Assembly: GCA_977017645.1 (NCBI GenBank)
Contig: OZ360225.1
Coordinates: forward strand, 124,372,001 to 124,436,000
DNA: 64,000 bases
Reading direction: 5' to 3'
From: Torpedo marmorata
Lineage: Eukaryota
Part shown: piece after piece, positions 48,138 to 60,260 of the stretch
Layout: each line of letters begins with the position of its first letter
How positions within the stretch are numbered: position 1 is the first letter of the stretch
The notes under the pieces: model-generated
What the model was told of the DNA's origin: nothing
Database searches by the model: none
The model's input: the letters and a program-made list of their open reading frames with translations, nothing else
Position numbers and translations under genes: made by a program

Positions 48138-48603
48138 TTAAATAATGTTCTGGATATAATACATCTTTCTAAAATAGAGCACCTGTATGCTTTGCTGATT
48201 CTCACTGGATAGAAACTGACAATGTTTACAGATGCATTCTTTTAATCTCACCGTCATTGGCAATCGCACATTCAGTCACACAGGCTTGAAACTCTACAAT
48301 TCCCATGATCCTGATGCTCTGTCTTCTCCATAGAATACCAGGTTGTCAGGCATCAGAAGGTCATAACATAGCTATGAGGAACTTGTATAAGAATGCCTTC
48401 AAGTATAAATTAGTGTATTGGTTGTTCAGTAGCACACTTATTCATATCGGAAATATCCAAAAAAATATTTAATGCTTTTCTTCTCTGTGACATACTTTTT
48501 GACAGCGAAAATCACACTGCATGGTCCGTGTGATTGCTGATGCTTGTGTCTGTTTTACTTGAACCAAAGTGCTGAATCTGTGCATTTCCCTCCCAATTTT
48601 CAG

Positions 48604-48679
48604 GATGTATTGTCCACCAAATTGTATGGAGGAAAATCCACATCTGGCTCGGGTAATTGGGACCCGGTCCTATTCTGAT
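48604..48679 (+). CDS. CRISPLD1: CRISPLD1 exon 13
   Basis: tttcag|MYCPPNCMEENPHLARVIGTRSYSD|gtaagt. Confidence 0.95.
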
Positions 48680-48786
48680 GTAAGTAGCAGGAATGGATAT
48701 TGCTGAATGATTGCTTTTAGTTAGTGTGTAATGCTGTCAGTGTCAGAGGGGCTCAGCTAGGGTTGCTCTGATTTCTGATGCACAGG

Positions 48787-51700
48787 TGTACTGATAGAGT
48801 GCTAGTGCTAATTCTGACCACTAGGGGGAGTCGGGAGATGAGCTGTTGTATCTTGGGTAGATTCAAAATGGATGCCTCCATGAGGTCTTTTGTGAGTGTG
48901 CTCTAGCTAATAAATATAGTTGTTTTAAAAGAACCCAAGTTTCTTTATTACAATAAAAGAAACATCACATGGTACCAGGAGTGTGCAGTGTGCACAGGAG
49001 TGGAACATACACCAGGAGTGTGCAGAGTGAGTATCAGTTGATATAGCAACAGAAAATATGGAGAGTATAAAGTCTCCTAACGCTGTAAATTGGACTAGAA
49101 ATGTCGACCACGAGTGGAGGCTGTTCAAACAAAGATTCACGCTGTACCTGCAAGCCATTGGAGTCAGTAGAAAACCTGATGCATGGAAGATTGCACTGCT
49201 ACTTACTGTGGCGGGACCTCAAGCACTAGAGGTTTTCAATACATTTGTTTTTGCCGAGGCAGAAGACCAGGGCAAGTTCGACAAAGTTATTAAGATGTTT
49301 GATGAACACTGTTCACCAAAGAAAAATGAAATGTTTGAGAGGTACGTGTTTTGCTCGCGCACGCAGCTGCAGGGAGAGAGCTTTGATACTTTTTTAACAG
49401 ACTTGAAATTAAAAGCAAGAGCATTCAATTTTGGATCGCTGCAAGATTCAATGATCCGTGATCAAATTGTGTTCGGGATTATTGATAAGAAAGTGAGAGA
49501 GAGGTTGCTGCGAGAGACAGAGCTTACCTTAGCTGGAGCTGTGAAGATATGCAATGCTAATGAATTAGTTCTGCAGCACGTGAAAAAGGTGAGAGTGCAA
49601 AAGCCATTGAAAACGAAGGCATAGCCGTAGCCACAATGTGTGTCCACACACATAAACAAAAAACTAATATAGGAAACAAAAAAAGATGGAGAGACATTCA
49701 AGTGCAAACGATGTGGCACTCAATATGCACCAAACCAATGCCCCGCCTATGGAAAAGTCTGTAATAAGTGCAAAGGGCAGAATCACTATGCAAAGCAAAG
49801 TTTTTCCAAAGGGAAATAAAACAGAAGTGAAAGCGTATACACTGTACACACAATAGAAGGAACTGCCCTCAGTGATACACTTTTCATTGGCATGGTAGTG
49901 CAGGAAGATTATAAACCAACAGACACTGAACAGCCAAGCGTGAACAGAGTCGAGCAGGATAAGTGGACTGTGTCATTGCATACAAATGGAACAAATATTC
50001 CTTTCAAGCTGGACACAGAGGCAAAGGTCAATTTGATCTGTGAGCATGACATCAGGGCAATGAAGATAAAGCCATACATCCATGCAAATCCGATACAGCT
50101 CAAAGCCTACAATGGACAGAGCATTGACACGAAAGGTACATGTAAACTCAAGGTGAATGTTAAAGATAAAGAGGACCACCTCAGGTTCACAGTAGTCCCA
50201 GATGGACATGAATCACTGCTTGATGACAAAGCATGTGAAAACTTAAGCCTAGCCAAGAGGGTGTTCACACCAGGGAAACCTATTGTGTTAGCTGATGCGT
50301 TGTCTAGGGCAACGACGCAGGGTGAAGCAAACAATGAGAGTTCCACAGAGACAGATGTGAATCTCCACGTGAATCTGATCACTGAATATCTTCCCGTATC
50401 TGACATGAAATCCAAGCAGATTGCAGCTGAACAGACAAGGACACAGTTCTACAGAAGGTCATCGAGAATCTGAATGAAGGATGGCCTAGAGGTGAATGTA
50501 AGCCATACTTCAACATCAGAGCTGAGCTGAGTGTTGTCAATGGGCTTCTACTCAGACAGAGCACAATTGTCATTCCTCAATCACTGCGACAAGAGATACT
50601 GAAAAGAGTGCATGAGGGGCACCTTGCAATGGAAAAATGCAAGAGGACGGCCAGAACTGCTGTTTATTGGCCAGGGATAAATGCTGACATTGACAGAATG
50701 GTTTCAAGCTGTGAGACCTGTTTGAAACATCATGCAAAGCAGACAAAGGAACCCATGATCATAACTGCCTTACCAGCGGAACCATGGCAAAAGTTGGGAC
50801 TGATCTGTTCCACATGGATGGATGAATTACTTGCTGGTTATTGACTATCTATCAAACTATCCAGAGATTGTGCTGCTTCCTAATATGTCTGCTGCTTGTG
50901 TGATCAAATATATGAAATCGATCTTTGCAAGACATGGAATTTCTCAAATTGTCTGCAGTGACAATGGATCATGCTACAGCTGTAGAGAATTCCAGAACTT
51001 TGCAGAAGAGTATGATTTTCAACATGTGACTTCAAGTCCTCTGTATCCACAGTCAAACGGTAAAGCAGAGAAAGGAGTGCACATAGTTAAACAGTTGCTC
51101 AATAAAGCACTAGACAGTGGCTCAGATCCGTATCTAGATCTATTGAGTTACAGAGCTTCGCCATTTGAACATGGCATGTCATCCGCTGAGCTTCTAATGG
51201 AACATAGACTACGCACCACACTTCCCTACTCTGCATACCCAAACAAGAACAGAGATGTCGAAGATGTCGAACGGAAACAAAAGCGTCTTCAATGGAGACA
51301 AAAAGCAAATTATGACAAGTCAGCAAGAAGCTTAGGTCCACTGGCACAACATGACACAGTGAGAATCAGAGATTCCCACACTTGGGACAAAAAGGTTACT
51401 GTTCTGGAGGAAGTAAATCCAAGATCCTACACTGTCAGAACAGAGGATAGTCGAATACTGAGGAGGAATTGAAAGAGCCTGCTGAAAATGCAAGAGACAC
51501 TGCAGGAACAGACAAATGCAGAAGATCCAGCCTGCACAGCAATAGAGAAAACACCACCAGTGCTAGACAGTAGTGGACCAGCAGAGCCGACACAAGCACC
51601 TGTGTTAAGAAGATCCACACGCGTTATCAAAGCACCTGACAGATTGAATCTCTAAAAGAAAAAGAACTGCACATTTAAAAAGTTTGTGCTGCTGATGTGT

Positions 51701-51967
51701 TTACGTTTGTGTTGAACTTTAAATTGAAATGAATGCTATATTAGTGTGTCATGTTGTTAGATTAAACATCTCAAGGAAAGGAGATGTACTGATAGAGTGC
51801 TAGTGCTAATCCTAACCACTAGGGGGAGTCGGGAGACGAGCTGTTGCATCTTGGGTAGATTCAAACTGGATGCCTCCACGAGCTCTTTTGTGTGTGTGCT
51901 CTAGCTAATAAATATAGTTGTTTTAAAAGAACCAAAGTTTCTTTATTACAATAAAATAAACATCACA
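48787..51967 (+). mobile_element. Older Ty3/Gypsy (Mag-like) element lacking RT and most of RNase H, in intron 13
   Basis: 183-bp LTRs (48787..48969 and 51785..51967, ~10 mismatches), TSD ACAGG, PBS TGGTACCAGGAGTG, PPT AAGGAAAGGAGA. Gag (WRLFKQRF, RDQIVFGI), PR (FKLDTEA), IN (HEGH..C..C, SDNG, SNGKAE); several stops and frameshifts. Confidence 0.95.
48970..48983 (+). other. Primer-binding site complementary to the 3' end of tRNA-Leu(TAA)
   Basis: TGGTACCAGGAGTG is the reverse complement of ...CACTCCTGGTACCA, the vertebrate tRNA-Leu(UAA) 3' end as recalled. Confidence 0.75.
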
Positions 51968-52029
51968 ACAGGTTCATGACTCAGTCCAGAGAGTTGAGTG
52001 CAAAATTTTAGAGTATAGAAACAATTTTA

Positions 52030-52410
52030 GAGGTGAAGCATTTTTTTTTCAGTGATCCCTACTGCTTTCTCAGTTGATCACTGAAGGCCCATGTTACTGG
52101 TTTGAGGAGAAGCAGGGATAGTATTCTCGGTGTCCTGGCTAATATTTCACAATTCCATTTGTTGTCAAATACACAAAAATATTTATTTTCTTTGCCTAGT
52201 AAAGGCACAGAATCATTACAAAGACATTTATCCATCAATCAATCAACAATTTTTAAATTTGACCTGGTCACTGATGTATTGCTATTGTTGTCTGCTTATT
52301 CTTTACTTTATGATGGTGATTGCATTTCATGAATACTTTAAAAAAAAGTCTCCAGGGTGCTTTGAAAGGAATGTGAAAGGCAGAACATAAATGCAAGAAT
52401 TTCTATTTTT
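52030..52410 (+). mobile_element. Ancient DeuSINE-like element
   Basis: GAAGCAGGGATAGTATTCTCGGTGTCCTGGCTAATATTT resembles the Deu domain; L2-like tail ATAAATGCAAG. Confidence 0.5.
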
Positions 52411-52509
52411 TTGTCATAATTATCCAGTTAACCATTTCTGATGCACTAAGTAATAGTGTTGACATCATCTCAATTTCCTTTGAATAATGTGACTAGAATA
52501 TATTTTAAA

Positions 52510-52880
52510 AACATGAATATGCTAACATAAGGATTAGGAGCAGGAAAAGGCCACTTGGCCCTATCAAGCTTGCTCCAACATTTAATCAGATCAGCTGTGA
52601 TCCTATTATAATCTCAACAATATCTCATCTGTCAATAATTTCCCACAAGACAAAATATTCTCTTCACCTCTACTCTGTTATGACCCCTCAAAATCTTGCA
52701 TTTCTGTTAAGTCCACTCCAACTGTTCAGAACTCCAACAGATACAACCCTGCTCCATTCAACCTTTCCTCGTATGACAGCCTGTCCTTTCGGGTATTAGT
52801 CTAGGGACCTTCTCTGATTGCTTCCAAAATAACAACATTTTATTTAAGTAAGGAGACCAATACTGCACATATTCCAAATG
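52510..52880 (-). mobile_element. CR1-like 3' end
   Basis: CATAAGGATTAGGAGCAGGAAAAGGCCACTTGGCCC ... GACCAATACTGCACAT. Confidence 0.6.
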
Positions 52881-53537
52881 TAGTTTCAACATTGTTAACA
52901 TTCTGTTATCTCTCCTAATTACCTGGAGTACCAGCACGTTAGCCTTTGTGCACCATGCACTAGGTCACCCAGAGCCCTCTGCGTCTCAGCTCTGCAATCT
53001 CTCACCATTTAGATACTGTGCATTTTTATTATCAGATACATTGAATTACAAATTTAATGAGATATGTATTGTGGAAAATTGTTTATTGGATTATTTTGGA
53101 TTTTTCACCAAACAAGATGAAAGTAGAAGTGACAACATAGTACTAAATTTTCCAGTGAGCTCTCTGAATGCAGCTCCCTAACAGCTGAACATGATTGATG
53201 AGTTTGGCTTCAGTTTTCTCAGGAAGCATGCTGACAAAACCGTACAATGATTTATTTATAAAATGGTGAGTAATGGTGAGCAAGAAAACCCAGATATTTA
53301 ATGGGCTGGTGCCTGTGTTTTAAGTGCTGACAATGCAAAATTTAATTTCAACCAGAGTAGATCATGCCACTGATCATTTCTGGGTGAATCTATAGCAATC
53401 ATGAAATTGGAACAGAAACTGGAACAGTGCCTGACCATTAATAATATCACTAGTCAAACAACAATGTACAGGAGCTGGAGCTCCACACTCTGACTGCTGT
53501 GGAGAATTCTCAATAGAACCAGGAGCAGGAGTAAAAC

Positions 53538-54105
53538 ACAAAAGTCTGCAGACTCCGTGATTGAAGTAAAAACACAATACTGGAGAAACTCAGCAGGTCA
53601 AACAGTGTACTTTACATAGCAAAGATAAATAACCAAAGTTTCAGGCTTGAGCAAGCTATGCATCAAGATATGAGCAAAATGTAGGCAGGCGCACAGACAA
53701 AATGGTGGGGGGGGGGGGTGAGGGGGAGGAGCACAGTCCCACAGGCAGGAGGTAGAGGGATAAGGGAGGGAGGGCACACCAACAAACAAGGGGAGGGCGG
53801 ATGGCTCTGTGAATGGAGAGGGAAGGGGGTGCAGAACTGGAGAAAAGACAGAGGGATGGGGAAGAGAGGGAGAACAGTGAGTAGACTAGTGGAAACTGGA
53901 GAAGTCGATGTTAATGCCCTCTAGTTGGAAGGTGCCCAGATGGAAAATTAGGTGTTGCTCCTCCAATTTACGGGTGGTTTTGGTTTGATGGTACATGAGG
54001 TCATGGACAGACATGTCAACGCGGGAGTGGGGTGCAGTATTGAAATGGTTGGCCACTGGGAGATCCCTGTCACTGATGAGGACGGAACGAAGGTGTTCAG
54101 CCAGG
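53538..54105 (-). mobile_element. Penelope (Poseidon-type) 3' end with GIY-YIG C-terminus
   Basis: LAEHLRSV...LPVANHFN..PHS...RKLEEQHLIFHLGTFQLEGINIDFSSF; the terminal repeat is shared with 15888..16000 and 57415..57500. Confidence 0.85.
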
Positions 54106-54245
54106 AGCATGTTGGACTCGCTTTTGTTTCCTTCTACCAATATTTAAGAGGACACTCTGTAAACATTGGGAGACCTGACAGGCAGCTTCATGAATTGCTA
54201 CAGACATTGGACAGGCAAGATCTTATTGACTAGTGGACCTGGGAT

Positions 54246-54406
54246 TGTGGGTGTGGAGGGTGAGTGGGGGGGTGTGGGTGTGGAGGGTGAGTGGGGGGGG
54301 GTGTGGGTGTGGAGGGCGAGTGGGGGGGGGTGTGGGTGTGGGGGGGGTGGGTGTGGAGGGTGAGTGGGGGGGGTGGGTGAGTGGGGGGGGGGTGGTGGTG
54401 GTGGGT
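54246..54406. repeat. G-rich minisatellite (GTGGGTGTGGAGGGTGAGTGGGGGGG)n
   Basis: About 5 degenerate ~27-bp units. Confidence 0.85.
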
Positions 54407-55335
54407 GCTAAATGTCTTGCTCTCATTCCTGTGTACCTGGCTTGATTTGATCAAGAGTCATAACTTTCAAACTCATTCCTGCAGTGAGTTCTTAGACAAA
54501 ATGTTGCTGAGATTTTTGGAATGATCCACTTTAGAATATGAAGGAAGGATGCCGCCACTGGGGACCAGCTATGGCTCAGTGTTTGAGCTAGAAACCCTTC
54601 CAGAGAAATTGGAGTCAAAAACCAAACTGATATTTATTTATTATTACTTTATATTTGCCAAAACTCTGTGGAAAATTTTACAGTAGAGGTACAGAGAACA
54701 ACAGTTCTACAGTGATGCCATCCTTTCCAGAATGAATTTAATGAAGGAAAGTAAGTCATACATCCATGGGTGGTAAGAATATGTAATGTTACAAGTGGCA
54801 GCTCCACATTACATCAGCATGGGTAAAGTTTACTACTGTAATAAAAAATTGCCCCATTTTTCTTACTTCGGTGCACTGTTCAAAATCTGACTAATTTGCA
54901 TTTTATTCTCATTAAAATTGATCCTAACTCCACATTAGCAGTATTTGAAGCACTGCACTTGATATGCAATAGACCTCACTTATTCTGCATAGTTTGCATA
55001 AGTTTCCCTTTCAAATCTTTGAGAGAACCTATCATATGCCTACATAAAATTAGAATTTTAAGACTTTTTAAACAATTTTCTGTGCAATACTTACAGTACG
55101 CTTCCAATATTTGATTCAGGGTTTAAATGTTTATTACCTGATTTACAGACATAAACTATACTTTATAGCTTGGAATCAGAATTTTCTTGAGACACTGGCA
55201 GTGACATGACCATAATATTTTTGATAAATTGCTGAAAGCTAGAATTTGATTTGATTTAATAATAGCTTGTGCATAATACACAATTAAAATAGTGTTAGTG
55301 ATTCCTGTTGCTTAGTTTGCATTGTAAATTACATG

Positions 55336-55338
<3 letters not shown>

Positions 55339-55369
<31 letters not shown>
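55339..55369. repeat. (TA)15 microsatellite
   Basis: Direct reading. Confidence 0.9.
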
Positions 55370-55372
<3 letters not shown>

Positions 55373-56522
55373 AGCTTCCAAGCAAATTTTTCCATCACAC
55401 TGCCTGCTGATTTGCTTGCAGTTCCACTTGTGAATTATTATTCTTGTGCTATTCATCAAATTGGTACCATGGCAGAATGTACATGCCAGAGATTATACAA
55501 TAGGCAGTTTGTGATCATACACAATCTTTTAACCAGGATGACATCGAGCCTGAATGATTGGCCATTTTCACGAGCTTTCCATTACCTGCAACTCCATCAA
55601 GCAGGGTGGGCCTGATATTGGTACTACTCACTTCTTACTCCTCCAGATTCATCCCTCCTTAAGTCGAGTTCATTAAGAAAATATTGTATTATTAAAACTT
55701 GCTCCAGCAAAAATAATTGCTGCAGGATGCTCATGTAGTCTGAGATGGAGGTACATTATTAAATAAGAGCAGAGCAGCCTGACTGTATAAGGCTGCACTT
55801 TACCTCACATGGTGCAAAACATGAGAATAATTTTAATCTTAAATATGTTTTTAAAACATTCTATAACTTGCAAATCAATAAAAATAGTCTGAGGAGGCAA
55901 AGCTGTGTTAGTGTTTTCACTGGGTTCTTTAAGGATTATGAATTTCAGGCAGTATTTATGACAGATTTATTTATAAAATCAGAGTCCATTAAGAACAATG
56001 ATTTGTGTTTATCGAATGTGATTAATTATATGTGAATTGCTAAAGCTGCTTCTTTAACTGTCAGATTCTTCCTTCACCATGTATTTAGGATTCAGGGCCA
56101 TTGCTGATTTTGGATTCTTTTTCCACATCTCCCTCTCCTGCACAGACTGCACGATGACCTCATCACCACATTATAACTGTGATTGTGCCATTATTTCCTC
56201 ATAATTATTTTGCTGTGGTTGCTGACCCTTTTTACTTGCCTCACATTTTCCTTAGCTGCAAATACACAATCCTAAGTAAGCTCTATTCACTTGATATCCT
56301 CATGGTTTTGGAATGAAGACTTCATGCACAAACTCTTAACTCTATAGTGGTAATCAAAATTTAAGATACCAAATGTTAGCAATAGTTCCACTTGCAAATT
56401 TATTTTAGTTGTCTAACATAATTTCAAATCCAAAGTGATTTCATTTTCTTGATGATTGTGATTTGAGTGGCTAATAATATTTATTTCTCATGTTGATTAT
56501 TTATTAATTTTAATTTTCCCAG

Positions 56523-56656
56523 AGATCCAGTATTTGCAGAGCTGCAGTGCATGCTGGGGTCATTCGGAATTATGAAGGAGGTTACATTGATATAATGCCA
56601 GTTGAGAAAAAGCAACGTTACTTCGGCTCATACCAGAATGGAGTATTCTCTGAAAG
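56523..56656 (+). CDS. CRISPLD1: CRISPLD1 exon 14 (LCCL2)
   Basis: tcccag|[44 protein letters not shown](S)|gttaga. Confidence 0.96.
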
Positions 56657-57137
56657 GTTAGAACAATAATCTACAGCAGCAGATTTATTCAAGTGCCAAA
56701 GTTACATTTTGAACAGCAAAGCTTGTTGAACCTTTATTTGGTATGTGAAAAACAAACTGGCTGAAACAGTCTGTCCCATCCCAATGTTTCACAAAGCAAT
56801 TAATGAATCCAGTGGAGGGTATGGTACGCAGAACTGCCTGGTTCCAGTAAGCTGATAAAACATATCCCCTAAAAGCTGCTTACTATTACATCACAACAAA
56901 TATTGTTTTTATAGTGGCTGTTTACAAAATGTCCGAACTTCATAGAAAAATAGCAAATATTTCAGATGAATTTTGGGATTTATTAATAATATTCCCCAAT
57001 ACTGATGGTCCAGAATATTTTCAATCTGTGGATATTTGTATTCTGATAAGTATTCCAAGACCTATTGCACACAAACTTATGCCGTGTATTGTTCAAGAAT
57101 CTTAAAAGACCTGTGAAAATTCTGCATGTTCGTTGTA

Positions 57138-57357
57138 CAGTAAAACCCTCGCTATCTGGCACCTATGGGGATTGGTAGTTGCCGGATAAGTGAATTTGCC
57201 AGTTGCTTGAGATTGCGTGTTGTGTGATTGGCAAACTAACCGCTAGGGGAGTCAATTTTAAACGTTCGTATTTTTTACCTATTTATTTTCCGAGATTTTT
57301 TTGCCAGTTGCTTGAGGCTGTCGGTTGCTTGAATTCTGGATAACGGGCATTTTACTG
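57138..57357. mobile_element. Tigger/pogo-like MITE
   Basis: TA|CAGTAAAACCCTCGCTATCTGG ... CTGGATAACGGGCATTTTACTG|TA. Confidence 0.8.
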
Positions 57358-58152
57358 TAATTAATTAAGAACAGGATGAAATGATGTTAATGTTACTATC
57401 TGCAAAGCATAAGACGAAAGTCTGCAGACACTGTGGTTGAAGTAAAAACACAATGCTGGAGAAACCAGCTGAGCTTCTCCAACATTGTGTTTTATTTTTA
57501 TCTGCAAAACATGTGCTATGAAGAATTAAATAGCTAATATTATTGCAGATCCCTGCAGTTATGAAGCCTGTTGCTATGGTGATCACTGTCAGGGAGTCTA
57601 AGATACTGCATGAGGGGTTCAACCTAGTATGTCAATAATAGAAGCTTTTGTGTGCAGAAAGGGAGGGTGAAAGATTACAGATAACAATATAAATACCCTC
57701 ATTCCAATCAGTCATTTTAAATCTTTGTTTCAGCATTCTCGCTGAGGTATCTTATTTTGAAATAACCTCCTTTTACATAAATTTCTGCTTTGGGTATAAA
57801 CAACAATGGACAGAATGCATGTTCAGGCTCCACCCAAGCTCACACAGCTCAAGAGGTTAAGCTTTAATGTTCATCAGTCACTATTCTGAATTTTTGTCTA
57901 TTAGACTGACTGTTTCAGTTCCGCCACATTCAGAATTTTTACTTAAGACTTTGTGAAATGAGAAAGGATGTGGATAGCCTCTTTTCAGTTCAACACATAC
58001 ACAATATTTTTAGACAGATGAGTTAAAAACAATTTTTCAGTTCTATTTAAAAAATGTCAACTGAAACAAGATTAATCACAAGGAATAGGATGTTGTTGAT
58101 TTCAAATCAATTATTGAAAGAGCATTTCCTAACTTTTTTTCTCTTTTTTTAG

Positions 58153-58204
58153 CCTGAAAAATCCACCTGGAGCCAAAGCATTCAGAATATTTGCAATCAT
58201 TTGA
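58153..58204 (+). CDS. CRISPLD1: CRISPLD1 exon 15 (last coding exon)
   Basis: ttttag|LKNPPGAKAFRIFAII-TGA. Confidence 0.95.
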
Positions 58205-60260
58205 TACTGATCAAAAGTAACCACGTTTAATGCAGGACTTGGAAGAAGCAAAGGAAAGTGTTTCAACTATTTCCTGTGGTTTTTTTTGCTGTTTTAGAAT
58301 ATTGGCAGAAACAGTTTTATCCATTGCAAACCAACACTTTCCTGTAATAAAAAAGTGTAATGCAGAAAGTTAAAATCACATAAGCAATAATTATGTCCAT
58401 AATGCAACTGCCCCACGCAAAATAAATTTACAATTTTAAAATTGTTGTTGTAACAGAATGCTGCTAACTCAATGACACAACCAAAACAAAATGAACACCA
58501 AGGTTCAGACCAAAAACCATGATTAGGTTGAACTAATCAAATCTTTTGAGAACCTGGCAGTTATTCCTGCAGGCCAGGAAATAAATTGATTATAATAATG
58601 TATTAATGGTAGAGTGATCAGCTTGTACAGTCCATTGGAGAGCAATTGGAACTCATTGCATCCATTTTCTGGGCAAACAAAGAGCAGTGAAAGACACATT
58701 TTGTTGGATATATTGCAGCTTGTTGCTCCTGAAAGGAGATGCCAGTAGCTTTAAATTCTTCAGAGCGTCTCACTGAAATGAACCTTGAATAGGCAAAAGT
58801 GTCCTAATATTTTGCTTTGGGCCCTTAATAGTTTCATCATTGACTGAACAGAGCTTGCCCCTTGCAAGCTCTGTCCAGTTTACTTTGGAGTGTTCAGCTA
58901 CATAACTAGTATCCCTTTCAATTATCCCTCTAAAATTATTAGAGACTCCATACTACTTCCATATCTGTTGAATCATTTGGATTTGGAGTTCTCCTCTTGC
59001 ATTGGCAAATGTATTGTGGATAATTTAAAAACCAAATTGCCCCTTCATTTCCCCTTTACTTTTATCTCCCTCTCCTTCATGACACCTTCCTGGAGGTTGC
59101 CAGTGTCAGAATCAGCATATTTTTAGAGCTGTTTTGGAATACTTGATTGGTATCTGCTGCAGATAAGGCCTGATGTCCAGTTTAGACCAGGCCTCAGGCA
59201 GTGTTTAAGGGTTATGTTTATTTTGTGACACCATTTCATACCTGTCCTTAACACAACTCCAATAATTTGCCCAAAATGCAAAATAGAATGTATAAATCAT
59301 ACTTTCACTCATTATATCAAAGTAATGAAATAAATTTCCAAGCAGAATTTGCATACTGTATGCATAAATGGGACATGGGTTATGTAGTGCACCTTTACAT
59401 TCCATTAGTTGGTATGTGAAACGTGGTATAAAGTTGATGTTTGATTCTATTAAAAATCTATATTGCTTACTGACCACAAGCTGTTGAAAGTTATTTATGT
59501 TATTTTATTATCATGATAAAATTGCCTTTGTACACTTAAACATTTTATGAAATCTGCCTTTCAAATATACTGTCTGCCATTATATATCTTTACTACCTCA
59601 GATACTATACTTGTTTGTAGTGTACATGCTTTTGAAGATTTTTATTAGTCAAATCTGCAAGTTTATTTCTTATTTTGAATTAAAAACCCTGTAAAGATTG
59701 CACTGCTGCTGTTTCATCTATTTTTTTTTTCATAATTTGTGCATGGGAGAGGATCTTTTTACATTCCAGACAGTTCTCCTTTAACGTACCATATTTTTTG
59801 AAAAATAAAATGTTTTAAAATTATTTTTAAAAAGCTATTGTAGTAAATCTATGAAAAATGCAGATTAAAATACCTCTTTAAACATTTCTGATCTTAAATT
59901 ATTTGGCAAGATCAAAACTGAAAGAATTATTTGTCTATGTACCGCAATGTCATTCTGTCACTTTTGGATAACAGTTATGACATATTTTTTTACATCAGTG
60001 CTGAGTGTGGAAAATTGTGTTAAATGTTCAAATTTCTGTGCAGACATATCTGATGTTGGAACATTTAAAATTATATGTTAATATGCCTATTTATGCTTTT
60101 CTGTGGCTTGTAGTAACTGGTTTGAAAAATGACAGCCAGTTGTATCTGAATCTTGTGCCCAATTTATTAACAATCTTTATTAAAGACATGATTTTTACAC
60201 CATTGGCATTATTGAAATGTGCACTGTTTTAATAATAAATGACAATTACTGATGCAAAAC
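58205..60260 (+). other. CRISPLD1: Probable ~2-kb 3' UTR with a distal poly(A) signal (AATAAA ~60234; others at ~58421, ~58580, ~59804)
   Basis: AT-rich and free of recognisable TEs, unlike the introns; the end position is inferred. Confidence 0.5.

Larger units (their letters stand above)
20150..58204 (+). other. CRISPLD1: CRISPLD1 gene, CDS span: cysteine-rich secretory protein LCCL domain-containing 1; 14 coding exons, 1617 nt, 538 aa
   Basis: Exon lengths 339+119+133+116+101+171+61+67+131+44+73+76+134+52 are phase-consistent and all GT-AG. The N-terminus MKG..EWKRLT.LLF.A.A, ITDND.Q.ILDLHNKLRSQV and the C-terminus L.NPPG.KAFR.FA match CRISPLD1 as recalled. Confidence 0.93.

Noticed and set aside
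20150-58204. CRISPLD2, PI15 or R3HDML identity
   Set aside because: Two LCCL domains exclude PI15 and R3HDML. The N-terminus, ITDND..ILDLHNKLRSQV, WGHAPY and NPPG.KAFR fit CRISPLD1 better as recalled; a phylogeny would confirm.
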